DNA of 64,000 nucleotides, taken from positions 6,208,954 to 6,272,953 of the forward strand of contig CM120644.1 of assembly GCA_051362555.1 (NCBI GenBank), given 5' to 3'. The notes beneath the pieces were generated by a model, which did no database searches, was not told where the DNA came from, and worked only from the letters and a program-made list of their open reading frames with translations. Positions 50,485 to 63,700 of this stretch are shown piece by piece; position 1 is the stretch's first letter; every line of letters starts with the position of its first letter. The position numbers and the translations under genes were made by a program. Origin of the DNA: Lingula anatina. Lineage: Eukaryota > Animalia > Brachiopoda.

Positions 50485-52827
50485 TTAGAGACCCACTCCA
50501 CACGTGAGTCCAGATGGACGTGAGAATTTGAGGACGCGCTCCGGGCTGTTACTGGTCAGGTCTTCCAAATGGATCTCATTATGATCTATAAAAACAATAT
50601 AATATATGTTAATCAGTTTATGTAGATATATCTAATTTGTTAATACTTTGCTAGATCCTCAATAATGTTATTAATATATAGTGTTTTTATGTTTAGCAAA
50701 CATAAACTACGCACTTACATGCAAATCTGAGCTCATCAAGAAGCTATCAAATAAAAACTACTTTGAAAATGATATTAAATAGAATTTTATTATAGAGAAC
50801 ACATCAATGCATTACCACAAATCTCCGTCTCTAGGTCCTCTAAACGAATTCCGTCTTCTTCTTCAAGTGTAAACTGTACAATGTCAGTGAACGTTACCAC
50901 CTCAGATTCTACAAAAACAAATATAAAGACAATGTCAAATAGAATGGACCTTAAAGAAAATGCCTGGGAAAAATCCGAACTCGAAAAGAATAAGAAAGAT
51001 AATTTTATGTACCGTGGCACCCGCACGAAAATGCAGTAGTATCGAAGTAGTAAAGAAGCATTAACGCAGTAGTGGTGTGGAGCATATTTGCAGTAGAAAT
51101 GCAGTAGAGTCTACTTCAATTCTACTTCAAAAATTACATAGGGTTGTACAGAGGAGGAGCATTAATGCAGTAGATTATCAGCATGATAGAAGCATGTTTC
51201 AAATATGCTAATTAGCTCCCACATCGAAGCAGATTTGAAGCATGTTTGCAGTATGATTGCAGTAGTCTACTGCGCTGGAGTATCTACTTCGTTTTCGTGC
51301 GGGCAGGCATACAAAACTAGGCGTATGCTGTAGGCTGAACTATCTGCCAGGGTACAAAATATAAAATATTGAAACAAACAAATAAATAGGTTTAGAATAT
51401 GCTTATTTCCACTCTGGCAAAAAAGAAATAAAAAAGCGATGATGCGCGCTTGTTTCACAATGCAAGTTCGACTCCAGTTAAGCCTAGATTACATTTGAAA
51501 TGCAATGCCCGTACGGTGCACGTATACTGCCCGTAATACTCTTTTCGCACGGCGTCTGAGAAGAGGTAGACGGTGGCCGTGTGAAATCGCACGGAATCGT
51601 ATGGATTTGAGGCCATGTAATGTAGACATACTCGGCGTAGCCTGTGGCTCCTTATGATTTAAAAAAAAAATCGTACAGACAATTTCATCGCACGGTGCCG
51701 TGTAAATGTAATCTAGACTTTAGTGATTTGTGTACCTTCCCGTGGCAGTGGTGTCAATACTGGTGCCAATGTAGGTGTCGATGGTGCTGGAGCTGTATCT
51801 ACCCTGTACTTGGACCGTCTTCTCTTCAGCGAGAACATCCGAGTCACCCCCTTTTTGAATCTTTTCCAACGCGACACCCTTGCTACAGGACTAGTATCGT
51901 ATGATGCTAGAAGTGATGTTAAATAAAACTGTATCGTTAACTTTTTTTTGTTTGCAGTAGGCCCTATTTCCATATAGCCTACATCTAAAAAAGGTGTGTC
52001 AAGCCAACGAAAGTCAAATTGACAAACGTAAGAGTTATATACACTGACAACTGATTTCCTCGAAATTAGTTTAAAAAGAAAAAGCCACAAATTGGACAAA
52101 CGAAACAGTTGCAAATGTTTCCATACCATTGTTTTGATTGTTGGTGGCAGCATGCACAGGGCGATCCACATCATTTGGCACACTGGCGTTCGTTTGTGTG
52201 TTGGATGAATCTCTTTGCCTGCTGACCTCAGCGTTTCCTGGAATTTTCAATGAAATCAATGTATAAAGGATGTTAAAATTAACAGTAGGTTACATTGGCC
52301 GTATAGTAATGAAACATATCGCGGCAACTCTTCTTTACATTTTCACATTGATTCTTATTTTGATTACAAGTCTACCAAATATAACGTAATTTTTACCAGA
52401 ATAATGGTATTGTTTGTCAAGAAAACTATTAGAAAAAAACTTCCATACCATGTTGTTCTTCCACCTGGACGCTGTCTTCACCTCTACAGAGCAGCCAGGT
52501 AACATGAATGGCGTTGACCCACGCCCACCACCGACTTAACACAGGCCGGTTCATGTCCCTCCAGGGAGGTACACGACCCTGTATTTAGAAAAAAAAATAG
52601 GGGGAATTCACATTAACCCGATTCATCCCCATTAATTGTATAAATAACTTAGAGTATGTAAGAATGATTTTCTGATGAACGACACCAATTTACAACTCTT
52701 CCTTATCCAGAACCGTTTCGTACAAACTGTAAATGACACAGAATTTGATCAAACATTTTGAGATACCCTGTTAAAATATTATACTTGAAAACTTGCTTAC
52801 ATTTGCATTGCGCGAGCGTCTTGGCAT
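50485..52827 (-). CDS. Unrecognised 6-exon gene, 210 aa
   Basis: GT-AG exons 52827-52801, 52578-52449, 52237-52127, 51906-51736, 50908-50816, 50585-50485 join in frame (phases 0,1,1,1,1): MPRRSRNANGRVPPWRDMNRPVLSRWWAWVNAIHVTWLLCRGEDSVQ...SRWKRFKKGVTRMFSLKRRRSKY...GIRLEDLETEICDHNEIHLEDLTSNSPERVLKFSRPSGLTCGVGL*. Confidence 0.75.
51020..51303. mobile_element. MITE with CCC termini (EnSpm/CACTA-like)
   Basis: TIR cccgcacgaaaa/ttttcgtgcggg, CA 2-bp TSD, internal gcagtag repeats. Confidence 0.7.
51481..51719. mobile_element. PIF/Harbinger-type MITE
   Basis: TTA|agcctagattacatt...aatgtaatctagact|TTA. Confidence 0.78.
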
Positions 52828-52939
52828 TGTTCTTTCTTCGAATGTAAATAATGATCGTACGAAAAACAATTATCAGAAATAAGTTTCAATCTATGCGACT
52901 GTCGTGTCTAATCGACCGAATTACTACGTTGTAGTGCGG

Positions 52940-53015
52940 TCTTTGCTGATTGGACAGTTTTATCTGTGACGTTTAACGTAAGCGTGACGTAAATTCAATA
53001 TCGTGACGCTATAAT
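52940..53015. promoter_or_regulatory. Putative promoter elements: CCAAT box and clustered CRE-like TGACG sites
   Basis: gattgg at about 52948 and three GTGACG within about 45 bp, 120-190 bp upstream of the ATG at 52827. Confidence 0.5.
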
Positions 53016-54119
53016 TCACTTGTTCTTTGTTGTCTACAAAGTGCCGCAAATTTAGTATCGCATCTCCAGAAGCACGCCAAAATTTTATTACATACATGTA
53101 AATAACACGCAGTTTTCAAGACGGGCATTTACTTTATTAATTTATGATTTGAACCGAAGTTATGCGCTGTCGAATTCCAAGAAGACCAATAACAGAAACT
53201 ATATACAATATAATGGTTTATGATAAAATCTATATCATTACCAGACGTATTATATTTCAGTCTAAAAGATTAACAGTTTACATTAAGTATGGTGATACAT
53301 GTAAATCAAGATCGCAATAACAAAAAGTAATTGGCATTATATTATTAAGATGAACATAACATCACATTTGATCAATTTTAGCTAAAAGATTCGACGTGTG
53401 AAATAAATAAAGACTAAGATGACGAAGTTGGACTTTATTAAATGCCCTGCATTCATGTAATCGATTACGTCGCACGCCGCTTGTGATTTCACATCTGTAA
53501 AGGTCAATATATAGTATATATGTGGTATTACATACGTGGTTGGGTCAGTACCTACCCTGGGCATTATCTGCCTTATCTGACCTAAATATATCATGATACT
53601 TTAAACTGTAAAGTTGAGAATATTCACAGACTGTTACATTGGTGTACATGTACTTCAACAGAAGATATATTGAGATCACTTTGGGCATGCAATATATTTC
53701 AATACAGTCGGCTACAAATGTTACGTCTGTCAAAATCAAAAGAACCTACTGATCAATTGTATTGGCGGCACGATCTTAATACTTAATTTCTAGCTTATAT
53801 TAAATACCTGTGATGCACAGCAGATTGGTATGTTACATCATATTCGTGTGCGTTCTTTGTATATGTATATGTACAGGAACGTATAGGCCTATATATAGGC
53901 CCTACGGCCGTGGAGCTAGATAAGAGATACATGCACACGGGCGTGTACAAATATAAACGGACGCCGCTGCTGTGTTGACGAAGGAGTAAAAAGCCAACAT
54001 GTCATCACTGGGGGACATGCACGAGGACGTTAAGGTGGGGAGATAATGTGTATAGTAGTTGTTTAGAAAAATAGTTCCAACTGTTTTGCTTGATCGTCGT
54101 TTTGTTTACATGACATCAT

Positions 54120-54410
54120 ATGCAAATACATACGGTAAGCCACATGCTGTGACTATATGTATCATGTGTAAATGAGTTATTATTTTTTTGTGGTCTTGTG
54201 TCATTTTATTGTATAGATATATAGCTGTCCAGCTATGCATTGTCACTATATGTGGCTCTTGTTAATGAAGTTTCCTTGTAGTTGTGATAGTTATTAATGA
54301 TGTACCCGGTAGTTGTCGGTGACATTTTAAATTGAGTGATTGTGTGATTTGGTGATTTGTCGGGGGTAGAAGTGTATTTGTACACACTGGTTCTTAGGTT
54401 TTAAATAGAT

Positions 54411-54454
<44 letters not shown>

Positions 54455-54874
54455 GGGAAAGCGGGTTTAATTTTAGTTTACTCTTCCTGCGCATCCTCTT
54501 GTCACAATAACCTTAACCCTGAAATCGACATATTAAGGACGTCACTTTCAGGGACACAGCCGCAGCTATCTGACCACTACACTGTATATATATATAGGTC
54601 AGTCACGTCCCGGTTGTGATTAAAGTGAATATCAAATATTCTACTCCCCTCTTGATGATGGATCAGCATGGATGAGGCAATTGCAATGACAGGTACTTGT
54701 CGTGTAAGTTGGAAGGGAATTGGTACGAAGTATTACATGTATACCCACACTCCCGAGAGCCCTTGTACACACACACACACACTCACGCATACACACTTGA
54801 TTGAATGTGGGATAAAAAAAAAAGTTCACAAATTAGATATGACACTTAAACACGTGTTGTATAACACACACACT

Positions 54875-54920
<46 letters not shown>

Positions 54921-56045
54921 GTGTTATAAATGTGAATGTATATATGTATATCTCTCCGCATGTGCATTTCCGTACAAGCGAGTGTACTGATAGACGTACG
55001 TCTATGAAAGCTGCGTTCACATATGGATTTCTTAACCCGAAAATCAGTCCAAATTGCAACAAGGGATGACTCTAGATCAGTCCTGCGTTGAACTAGTTAA
55101 AATGCTAGGTTAAAGTGTAGCGCACCGGATTTGATGGTCTAAGATATTCAGTTCTAGACAGACTTTGTAAAATGTACGTTAGAAAAACAAGATTAAATTC
55201 CTCTTTGATGTTAAAAAAAAAAAAAAAAGAAAAAAAAGAATGCGGTTTTAAAATTTGTAGTTTAGCTCGAAAGAAAACTCCAAAGGACAAGAAAACTGTT
55301 CCCAATTTTTGAACTGTAAAAATGCTTGTGTTAAAATCATGGAATTGAGACCGATGTGGTAGAGTTATACATTAACGCAACTTCATAATTAGTTTCAGCG
55401 TCACATTAGTATAAAAATTGTGATGTTTTTTCAGAAGCGACTGACGGGGTTGTGTGCAGCCGTCTTTACACCTTTTACACCTGATGGGTGAGTAGAGTTC
55501 ACATATGTCCTAGGCCTGTTGTGTGACAGGCCGATGATAGGCTACAAGACAAGTATTATATGTATCGGATCGTATTGTATCGTATCGTAACGTATCCTAA
55601 CTATGTTAAAAATATATATATATCTGTACTAAAATATTTGGTCAGAGTCGGTTTAAAATGCACTTGTAAAAATGTATTATAATATTTATTATTATAATCA
55701 TTATTTCTCTTATTGCAGCGAAGTAAATTATGACATGATCCCGAAGTACGTGGATCACCTGGTTGGTCAGCAAGTAGAGAATGTTTTTAGTGAGTAGTCA
55801 GTGTTCTTATCCACTCAACCCCAAATTTATAATTTTATGACCATCTTTTAATGTTCACTCTGACGCGTGATTTTTTTTTTCACTTTTTTCAAGATCTTCT
55901 GAGAATGCTAACTATCATGAAATAATAAAGTTAAATGAAACAGTTAACTGGAAAGTTAACAAGATATAATAAGAAGAGAAATGATAATGATTCCCATAAA
56001 GTTAGGACATTGAAGTGCGCATAACTGCGTTTTTAGCTCTCACTA

Positions 56046-56093
<48 letters not shown>

Positions 56094-56954
56094 GTTAATG
56101 GAACGACCGGTGAATCAACTCTTTTAACCGTAGAGGAAAGAAAGCTTATAGCGGAGGCGTGGATTGATTCTGGACGGGGAAGGTGTGTTAAGAGTACCTT
56201 GGTTATTTTTTGGTTATTTTAGAGGCAGCTGGGATAGGGTAGGGTAGGGTGGTGGTATAGGTTTAGGACCAAGAAAATCAACAGAATAAAAAATTGAAAT
56301 GCGTAAAAAGAAAAAAAGAAATAACCTAAAAATAAACCGTAGACTACAGACAAATGTGGATTTATTGCTTCACTCATATTTTAATTTGACAAAAGGAATA
56401 GCAAAAAGTTTATTATTATTTAATACATATTTCTGTTTGTCCAGCTTAATTCTACCTCACTGACCTCTCCAGGTTAAAGAATATATTGATCCACGTGGGC
56501 ACAGACAACCTGAAGGACACTAAGGACCTCGCTGACCACGCCGAGAGTATTAAAGCAGACGCCATCTCTATAATGCCGCCTGTGTATTTTAAACCTCGTA
56601 ATATCAGTGAGTGACACCATCTGTCTCACAGCCATTTCTGAAAACGAAAGTGAAACATGTATATGGTTCAGTGATACTTTTTATTTGTCATTCTATGTTA
56701 CACTTCAGAACAATTAGCATGGTTAAATACCATCTAGAATAATTAGAGATACAAACGATCAAATATTTTTAGTTTTGAAATTAAGATTTTATTTGCATTT
56801 TTTCTACACTTAAAACGATTAAACGCGGTTATGAATTCAATTCAGAAGAATTAAAATAGTCTCTATGTTCAAGTCGACTTATATAGCCGGTACGACCACA
56901 TAAGATGTATTTACAACCAATCTTGGTAAGTAATTCAAAGAAGAGTAAACAATA

Positions 56955-56988
<34 letters not shown>

Positions 56989-57096
56989 AACAACTTGTCT
57001 ATTTCTGCAAGGAGGTGGCGTCAGCAGCTCCCTCGTTACCGTTCTTCTACTACCATATACCTGGAATGACTGGAGTTGAACGTAAGCCACCCAAAC

Positions 57097-57146
<50 letters not shown>

Positions 57147-58341
57147 GACACACGCACACGCACACGCGTGCGCTCGCGATCGTGGGCACGCACAGATAGT
57201 TCTGTAATGGGTCCACGCTGTCCAACATGCCCTGGATGCTAATGTGAAATTGCTTTCGGGACACAGATTGTTTTTTCACTAGATATTTTCACAGATACAC
57301 ATTTCTGTTCGAGAGTTTTTGCATGACTGATGTCAGGTCAAAGAGTAGGTCTAAGTGGCATCGTCTGCCTTTAAAAAAATGTCTTTTTTACTAGTAAACA
57401 TGGAAGACTTTCTGCAGGCCGCTGGCCCGGAGATCCCCACCCTGTGTGGCATAAAGTACTCAGGTAAAAACATGATGGACGCCACCCAGTGTCTCCTCAT
57501 GGACGGCAAAAAATATAAGATTCTCTTTGGCGCAGACGAGGTAGGAGTTACTGGAGCGGAAAAGGCACTTCCAAAGTAAAAAAGAGACAAGGGAATAATT
57601 ATAATAACTAAAATCAGCACAAAAATAAATTAAAAAACGAGTGAAATAAAAATGAATAAACAAACACTAAAATATGTAAAAAGATCTAAAGAAATTAAAA
57701 ATAAAGAAAATGGTTAGTAACAAATATTTTTCCTCCTCTTTCGACAACTCCAATTCATTATGATGGTAATAATATTATCAGGTTTAAAATGTTTAACTGA
57801 ATCAACATACATGTAGGCATATTCTATGTAGTGAAAAGAAAAAAGGAAATCTATAAGGAATTAAGTAAATTAATTAATATACATAATCATATTTCAGCAA
57901 TTACTGTCTGCCCTGGCAGTGGGTATGGACTCAGCCATAGGAACTACCTACAATTTCATGCCTCGGCCGTTCCAGAGGATGATTGCCGCTCTAGAGCACT
58001 GTGATCTGGACACTGCCAGGAAGGAACAGTATAGGGCACAGGCACTCATCAATACTGCACTGCGCTATGGGAAAGAAGGTATTATCCATTACTTTTGTTT
58101 TCTAAATCTATTCCTTTATTTATTTGTTCTTTAGAATGTCTTAAGAAAAATAATAAGTCTATTTTAATTTGAAACGTTTTACTTTACAGCGGGAAATGTC
58201 AGCGTGTTTAAGGAAATCATGTTAATGATTGGCTTGGACATGGGACCGCCACGTGCACCTATGATCCGCCTGGACGCCGCTACCAGGAAGACGTTACAGT
58301 GGGAGGTGGAACAGACAGGCTTCTTCCAGTGGATACATTAA
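54120..58341 (+). CDS. NPL: N-acetylneuraminate lyase (DHDPS/NAL family)
   Basis: Exons 54120-54134 (tentative, MQIHT), 55435-55487, 55719-55789, 56095-56182, 56473-56606, 56989-57081, 57395-57540, 57898-58078, 58190-58341. Motifs [24 protein letters not shown], Schiff-base GIKYS, FGADE, IGTTYN. Confidence 0.93.
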
Positions 58342-58740
58342 TAACATAAATACATGAATAATATACACTGAGATCTTTCTAAAAACAGAGCCCAAACGTC
58401 CCATAGGTACAGCCTCAAGCCTCGACCGTACCACCAGCGGACGATCTTCCCTCTAAATAACTGTGATTTAAACACCACCATTACTTAATTAATTGATGAA
58501 TTAATTAATTAATTTGTCATTTTCTTGATTGTTTGTTTTCATTAATTTATTGATGTGACCTGTAATATGGGTATAGGAAATCATGCAATATTTCAATTCT
58601 TAACAGAATACTTAAGAAAAGACATGATTTAAACTTGGAAACTGTGATTAAGCATTACCAAAATATTAGGACAGAGACAAATTTATTTCCTGGCATAATT
58701 CTACCTTTACTTGCTGTCCGTTCGCAACAAAACACAATCT

Positions 58741-60760
58741 TTTTATGTACAGACATAGATGTGTCTGTACATATAGCCATCACCTGCGTCTGTCGTCGTC
58801 GCCGTGCACTTTGACCACCGATAATACGATAAGTGAAAAACCGTTTTACCTTTTGGCTTGAAACTTACGGAACTAATGAATATTCATGATACGCAGGTCA
58901 CGTTCGAAAATCAGCATGATCGGGCCATTTTCATGGAAGTTATGCAGTTTTTTTTTTTTTACTTTTTTCATCATTTTTATAACACCGATAACACGATTAG
59001 TGAAAAACCGTTTTACCTTTTAGCTTGAAACTTACAGAACTAATGAAAATTCATAATACACAGGTCAAGTTCGAAAATCAGCATGATCGGGCCATTTTTA
59101 TGTAAGTTATGCTATTTTTTCATTTTTTTAAAGCATATATGCAACACTGATAACACGATAAGTGAAAAACCGTTTTACCTTTTGGCTTGAAACTTACAGA
59201 ACTGATGAATATTCATATTGCACAGGTCAAGTTTGAAAATCTGCATGATCGGACCAATTTTATGGAAGTTATGCTGTTTTTTTTTTCACTTTTTTTCAGC
59301 ATGTATGCAATACCGATAACACATTTCAAGGAAAATCAATTGGCCAATTGTCTTGAAATTACAGGGGTGATCAGTCTTACTGAAATACAGATGGGGTTCG
59401 AAAATAAGCTTGACTGGTTCAGTATTGATGAGGTTATGCCTTTTTTGTATATAAGTGTTTTTTTCCTTTGTTTAATTCTTAGGCATGTTAACAATCTCAT
59501 CTGTGAACTAATTAAATATGTAAAGGTGTTCTTTTGACATTTTCTGCATCTTAACAATATTGTTATTATATAAAAAAGATGGTAAACCTGTATTTGTGTA
59601 TTATGTAATAAAGTGTCAAAAAATGGAAATAATAATCAACTCATATCTTTACAGTTTGTCAGATTCAATCATTCACCATGTTCAGAATCTCAGAATGGAG
59701 CAAACTGGACATTTAAAATTGTTCTATTTATATTTTTCTATGTCAACAACTTTCTTAGTTGTTCATTTAAAAATGACAGTAAATTGATTATTTTGTTATA
59801 TGAAAAAAAAGGTGAAAATGAAAAGAAATGAAAATGAAAATGAAAATCAATTCAATACAGTTATGTTTACATTTTGGCATTTTGAAAGTGTGACTCTGAA
59901 CTTCCATGGTCTTGAAGACCTTTCCATGTCACATTTTCTGTATATCCATGATACTTTTATTTTATTATTAAAAATTGATGGTCATTATGTTATATTGCAT
60001 AAAAGTTGAAGAAAACCCTATTTTGGAAATGGCTGCCGGAATGACCATTAAGGAAAAACCATGTTACTTATGATACTCAAACTTACTGAAAAGTTTCGTA
60101 AGACTGACGTGCAGTTTGTGTTGGAAAATCAGTGTGATTGTTTTCTGTTTTGGAAGCAATGCAGCTCTATAGAGTGCTATATGGGGCTACTGTTTATGGA
60201 TGGTGGTAATTGTCTCTTGGGGTAGTCACAAGCTAAATTCAGAGCTATAAAATCATTTGCCTAATTAATTTCCCAGTGCCCATTAAATAAGATTACATAA
60301 AACACACATTGAGACTTCCCAGTAAAGTCACATAGGTTTAGCTCTCTTAACTGTGTCACATAATTAGGAATCAGTGATAATTATGCAGGTAAATGTTGTT
60401 TAATATTGCAAATAAGTTAACAAAAGAAAAAAAATAGATGAATAACAGGGGCTTATTATCCTCAAACATGTTATCATGTAATCATGTTATTTCAGCAAGA
60501 TTAAAAGTTTGAATAGCAGCTTTAATGGGATATTTTTGTTGTGTTTTCTTTTTAATTTATTTTTCAAACGCTAGCATTTTCAGCTCCCATCCACCTGAAG
60601 CTCTTCACATTTTCTGTATTTCCACATAAGCAGTTGCATTGGTTTTTATGTCTTTAAACATTATGTAATATTATTTTATGCACTGTCATCATTATTCAAA
60701 TATTGGGATTTTCATTATGTGAATTTGAACTCTCATGGTCCTGAAACTGTAATCTTATTG
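58741..60760 (+). mobile_element. Diverged Helentron/HINE-like element of the same family as 33591-39257, opposite orientation
   Basis: Starts ttttatgtacagacatagatgtgtctgtacata, then a (CGT/GCC) microsatellite and ~170-bp repeats; clear reverse-complement similarity to about 60090, patchy to about 60750. Confidence 0.72.
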
Positions 60761-63700
60761 CAGGGGCGGATTGAGGCCTATGGAAGCGTATAAGTGCCAC
60801 AACACACAACAAAATCACTCAACACACAACACAATTTCAACACGACACATTTAACTTCCCGACACAACACCAAAGAAAATCGCAACACAACACATTAACT
60901 TCTCGACACAACGGAAATAGATGGCGCTTTCGGCGCGGACGTCTTGGAAAAGCCGCGAAAACCCACAGAACGATTCTGTAATTGTTTCCTTATTTTCTCA
61001 AGGCATTTATAATAATGTGTCACTTTGGGGTTTTAATATCAGATAATCTGTTGTGAATGTTGCATATTCTATGCTGTGTGTGTGTGTGTGTGTGTGTGTG
61101 TACTGGGGGGGGGGGGGGGGGGGAAGGGTATTATTGATGTTGAGAGTATTGAAACCGGGGGATATATTAGCTGGGGACAATCGGTGCGGATTTGACGGAA
61201 AATATTAGTGGATAATTATGAAATTTTAGAAAATTTTCTACACTTATAAACAGTAACAGGTTCATTCAAATTATCAGCTGACCTGAAAAATAGTATACCG
61301 TGAATCTAAAACAAAATAATAAACCCAAAATTACAGAAAATAAGAATAATTAATTAAAATTAAAAATAATAAAAATAATCTTAAAACTATAGCTAGTGTT
61401 CTAATTGTACTCAGACCGACCAATATCATATGTGACAATTTATACATTCAGTGCACATCTGTACTTCATTAACTAGCATTTCATAAAAAATAGTAACACC
61501 GAACTTGTAATTTGACACAGAGCGCTGAAGTTAGTGTCTAGTTTCTAGTTTCCAGTTTCATTTTTCAAAAACAAACCTGGCCACCAGAAACTAGTGTCAT
61601 TTTTCAAAAACGAACCTGGCAACCAGAAACTAGTTTCGTTTTTCAAAAACGATGCTGAGAAGCCAGAATAATTTTTGCATAGAGAAACAGGGGTGAGCAG
61701 AGGGAGAGGCAACCAGCGGTGTGCGTGTACCGCGACTAGGTAACTCTCACTGTGAAAGCCGGACAGGGTGTTACGGTCTCTCCTCGCCGTGCGCTGAGAC
61801 CAAGACGGTCGCCGATCATTGCCTACGGCGCACAAGCAGCTTTCACCGCCGATGCCGGGCAGGGTATTCAGGGAGTTTTGTTTTTTTTTCTCGCCGTGCA
61901 CTGAAGACTAGATGACCGCCTCTACGAGGCACAGGCCGCCTTTACAGCGAAAACCGTGAAGGGTGTTTTGGTGGGGTAGGGTTGGCGGAAGAGAGAGAGG
62001 AGGGGGAAGGGCCCCCAGGGTTCTTCCTTTGTAGTTTAAGGGATCATTTTTAATTTTATTGAAAAAGAAAGATTCTGGCTTTTCAGAATCGTTTTTTAAA
62101 AAAAGACACATTTCATTGACCGCTACCGTCTCGGTCTCAGCGCACGGCGAGAAGAGATCGTATAACACCCTTTCCAACTTCCGCAGAGAAGGTTACCTGG
62201 TCACGGTAGACTTTAATCGCGCGTTGCCTCTACTCTGTCCACTCCTGTTTCTCCCCGTAAAAAACTATTCTGGCTTCTTAGAATCGTTTTTGAAGAACGA
62301 AACTAGTTTCTGGTTGCCAGAATCGTTTTTTTAAAAAACGACACTGGTTTCTCGGCATCTAACCCAACCTAACCCTCAACCCCGCCTTCTCCCAAAAACC
62401 TAAACACCCTGCAAGGCTTCCGCAGTGAAGGCTACTTGTGCACTGTAGACGCTTATCAGAGGGCGTCTCCGTCTCACCACACGGCGCTGAGAGTTCGTAA
62501 CACATTGCCCGGCTTCCGAGATGAGAGTTACCTGGTTGCGGTAGCATGCCGGTTGCCTTTCCCTCTGTCCACCCCTTACCTGTTTTTCTTTGCAAAAACA
62601 ATTCTGGCTTCTCTCAGAATCGTTTTTGAAAAGCGACACTACTTTCTAGTTGCCGGAATCGTTTTTCGAAAAACGACACTGGTCTCTGGGCATCAGAATC
62701 GTTTTTGAAAAATTCAATAAAATTAAAAATTATACTTCACTAGGTTCAAACTACCTAGTGAGATCCCGGGGAGTGGTGGGGCTTTCCCCCCTCATCCCCC
62801 CCCCCCCCTCTAACCCCACCTAAACAATAGTTCAGCGGTGATTGCTACCTGTACGCCGTAGGAGATAACCGACTACCGTCTCGGTCTCAGCGCACGGTGA
62901 GGAGAGGCTTCCACGGTGAGGGTTTAACTGGTCGCGGTAGAAAATAATATTCACAGGTTGCCTCTCACTTCCTCCGCCCCTGTTTCTCTTTGCAAGAACG
63001 ATTTTGGCTTCTCAGAATCTTTTTTGAAAAACGACACTAGTTTCTGGCTGCCAGAATAGTTTTTCGAAAAACGACTTTTTGAAAAACGAAACTTCAGCGC
63101 TCTATTTGACACTGCATACACTATTTGACATTTCCAAATTAAACTGAATAAAACAAAACTTGTTCCTGTGCTCACATGAATTGAAATTCCAATATTGTAA
63201 CAGCCAGATAGACAACATGTTATTTTTAACAGTATGTGATGTTTTTATGCTATTATTAATATATTAATTATATAGAACAGCCCTTGAGATTACATGCTTA
63301 CAAGCATAAAGAGCAAAATTGCAAGTGTTAGAATACATTTACTGTACTAAATAATTTAGATAAGATACATCGTATTGATTATCAAATGTTTATGTTGCAT
63401 TTACAATATTAGAATTTCAATTTATGTGAGCACAGGAACAAGTAACGATATATCCCCAGGCTTCAATACTCTCAACATCAATACCCTCCCCCCCCCCCCT
63501 CTCAATACACACACACACACACACAGCATAGAATATGCAACATTCACAACAGATTATCTGATATTAAAACTTTTCTGTAATACAATGTTTTCAAAAGTGC
63601 GCTTTTCCTGGACCCAAAAGTGACACATTATTATAAATGCCTTGAGAAAATAAGGAAACAATCACATAATCGTTCTGTGGGTTTTCGCGGCTTTTCCAAG

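Noticed and set aside
61545-63175. Cluster of 60-120-aa ORFs as transposase fragments
   Set aside because: They translate internal subrepeats (LKNETSFWLP) of the foldback element; no DDE or other motif is visible.
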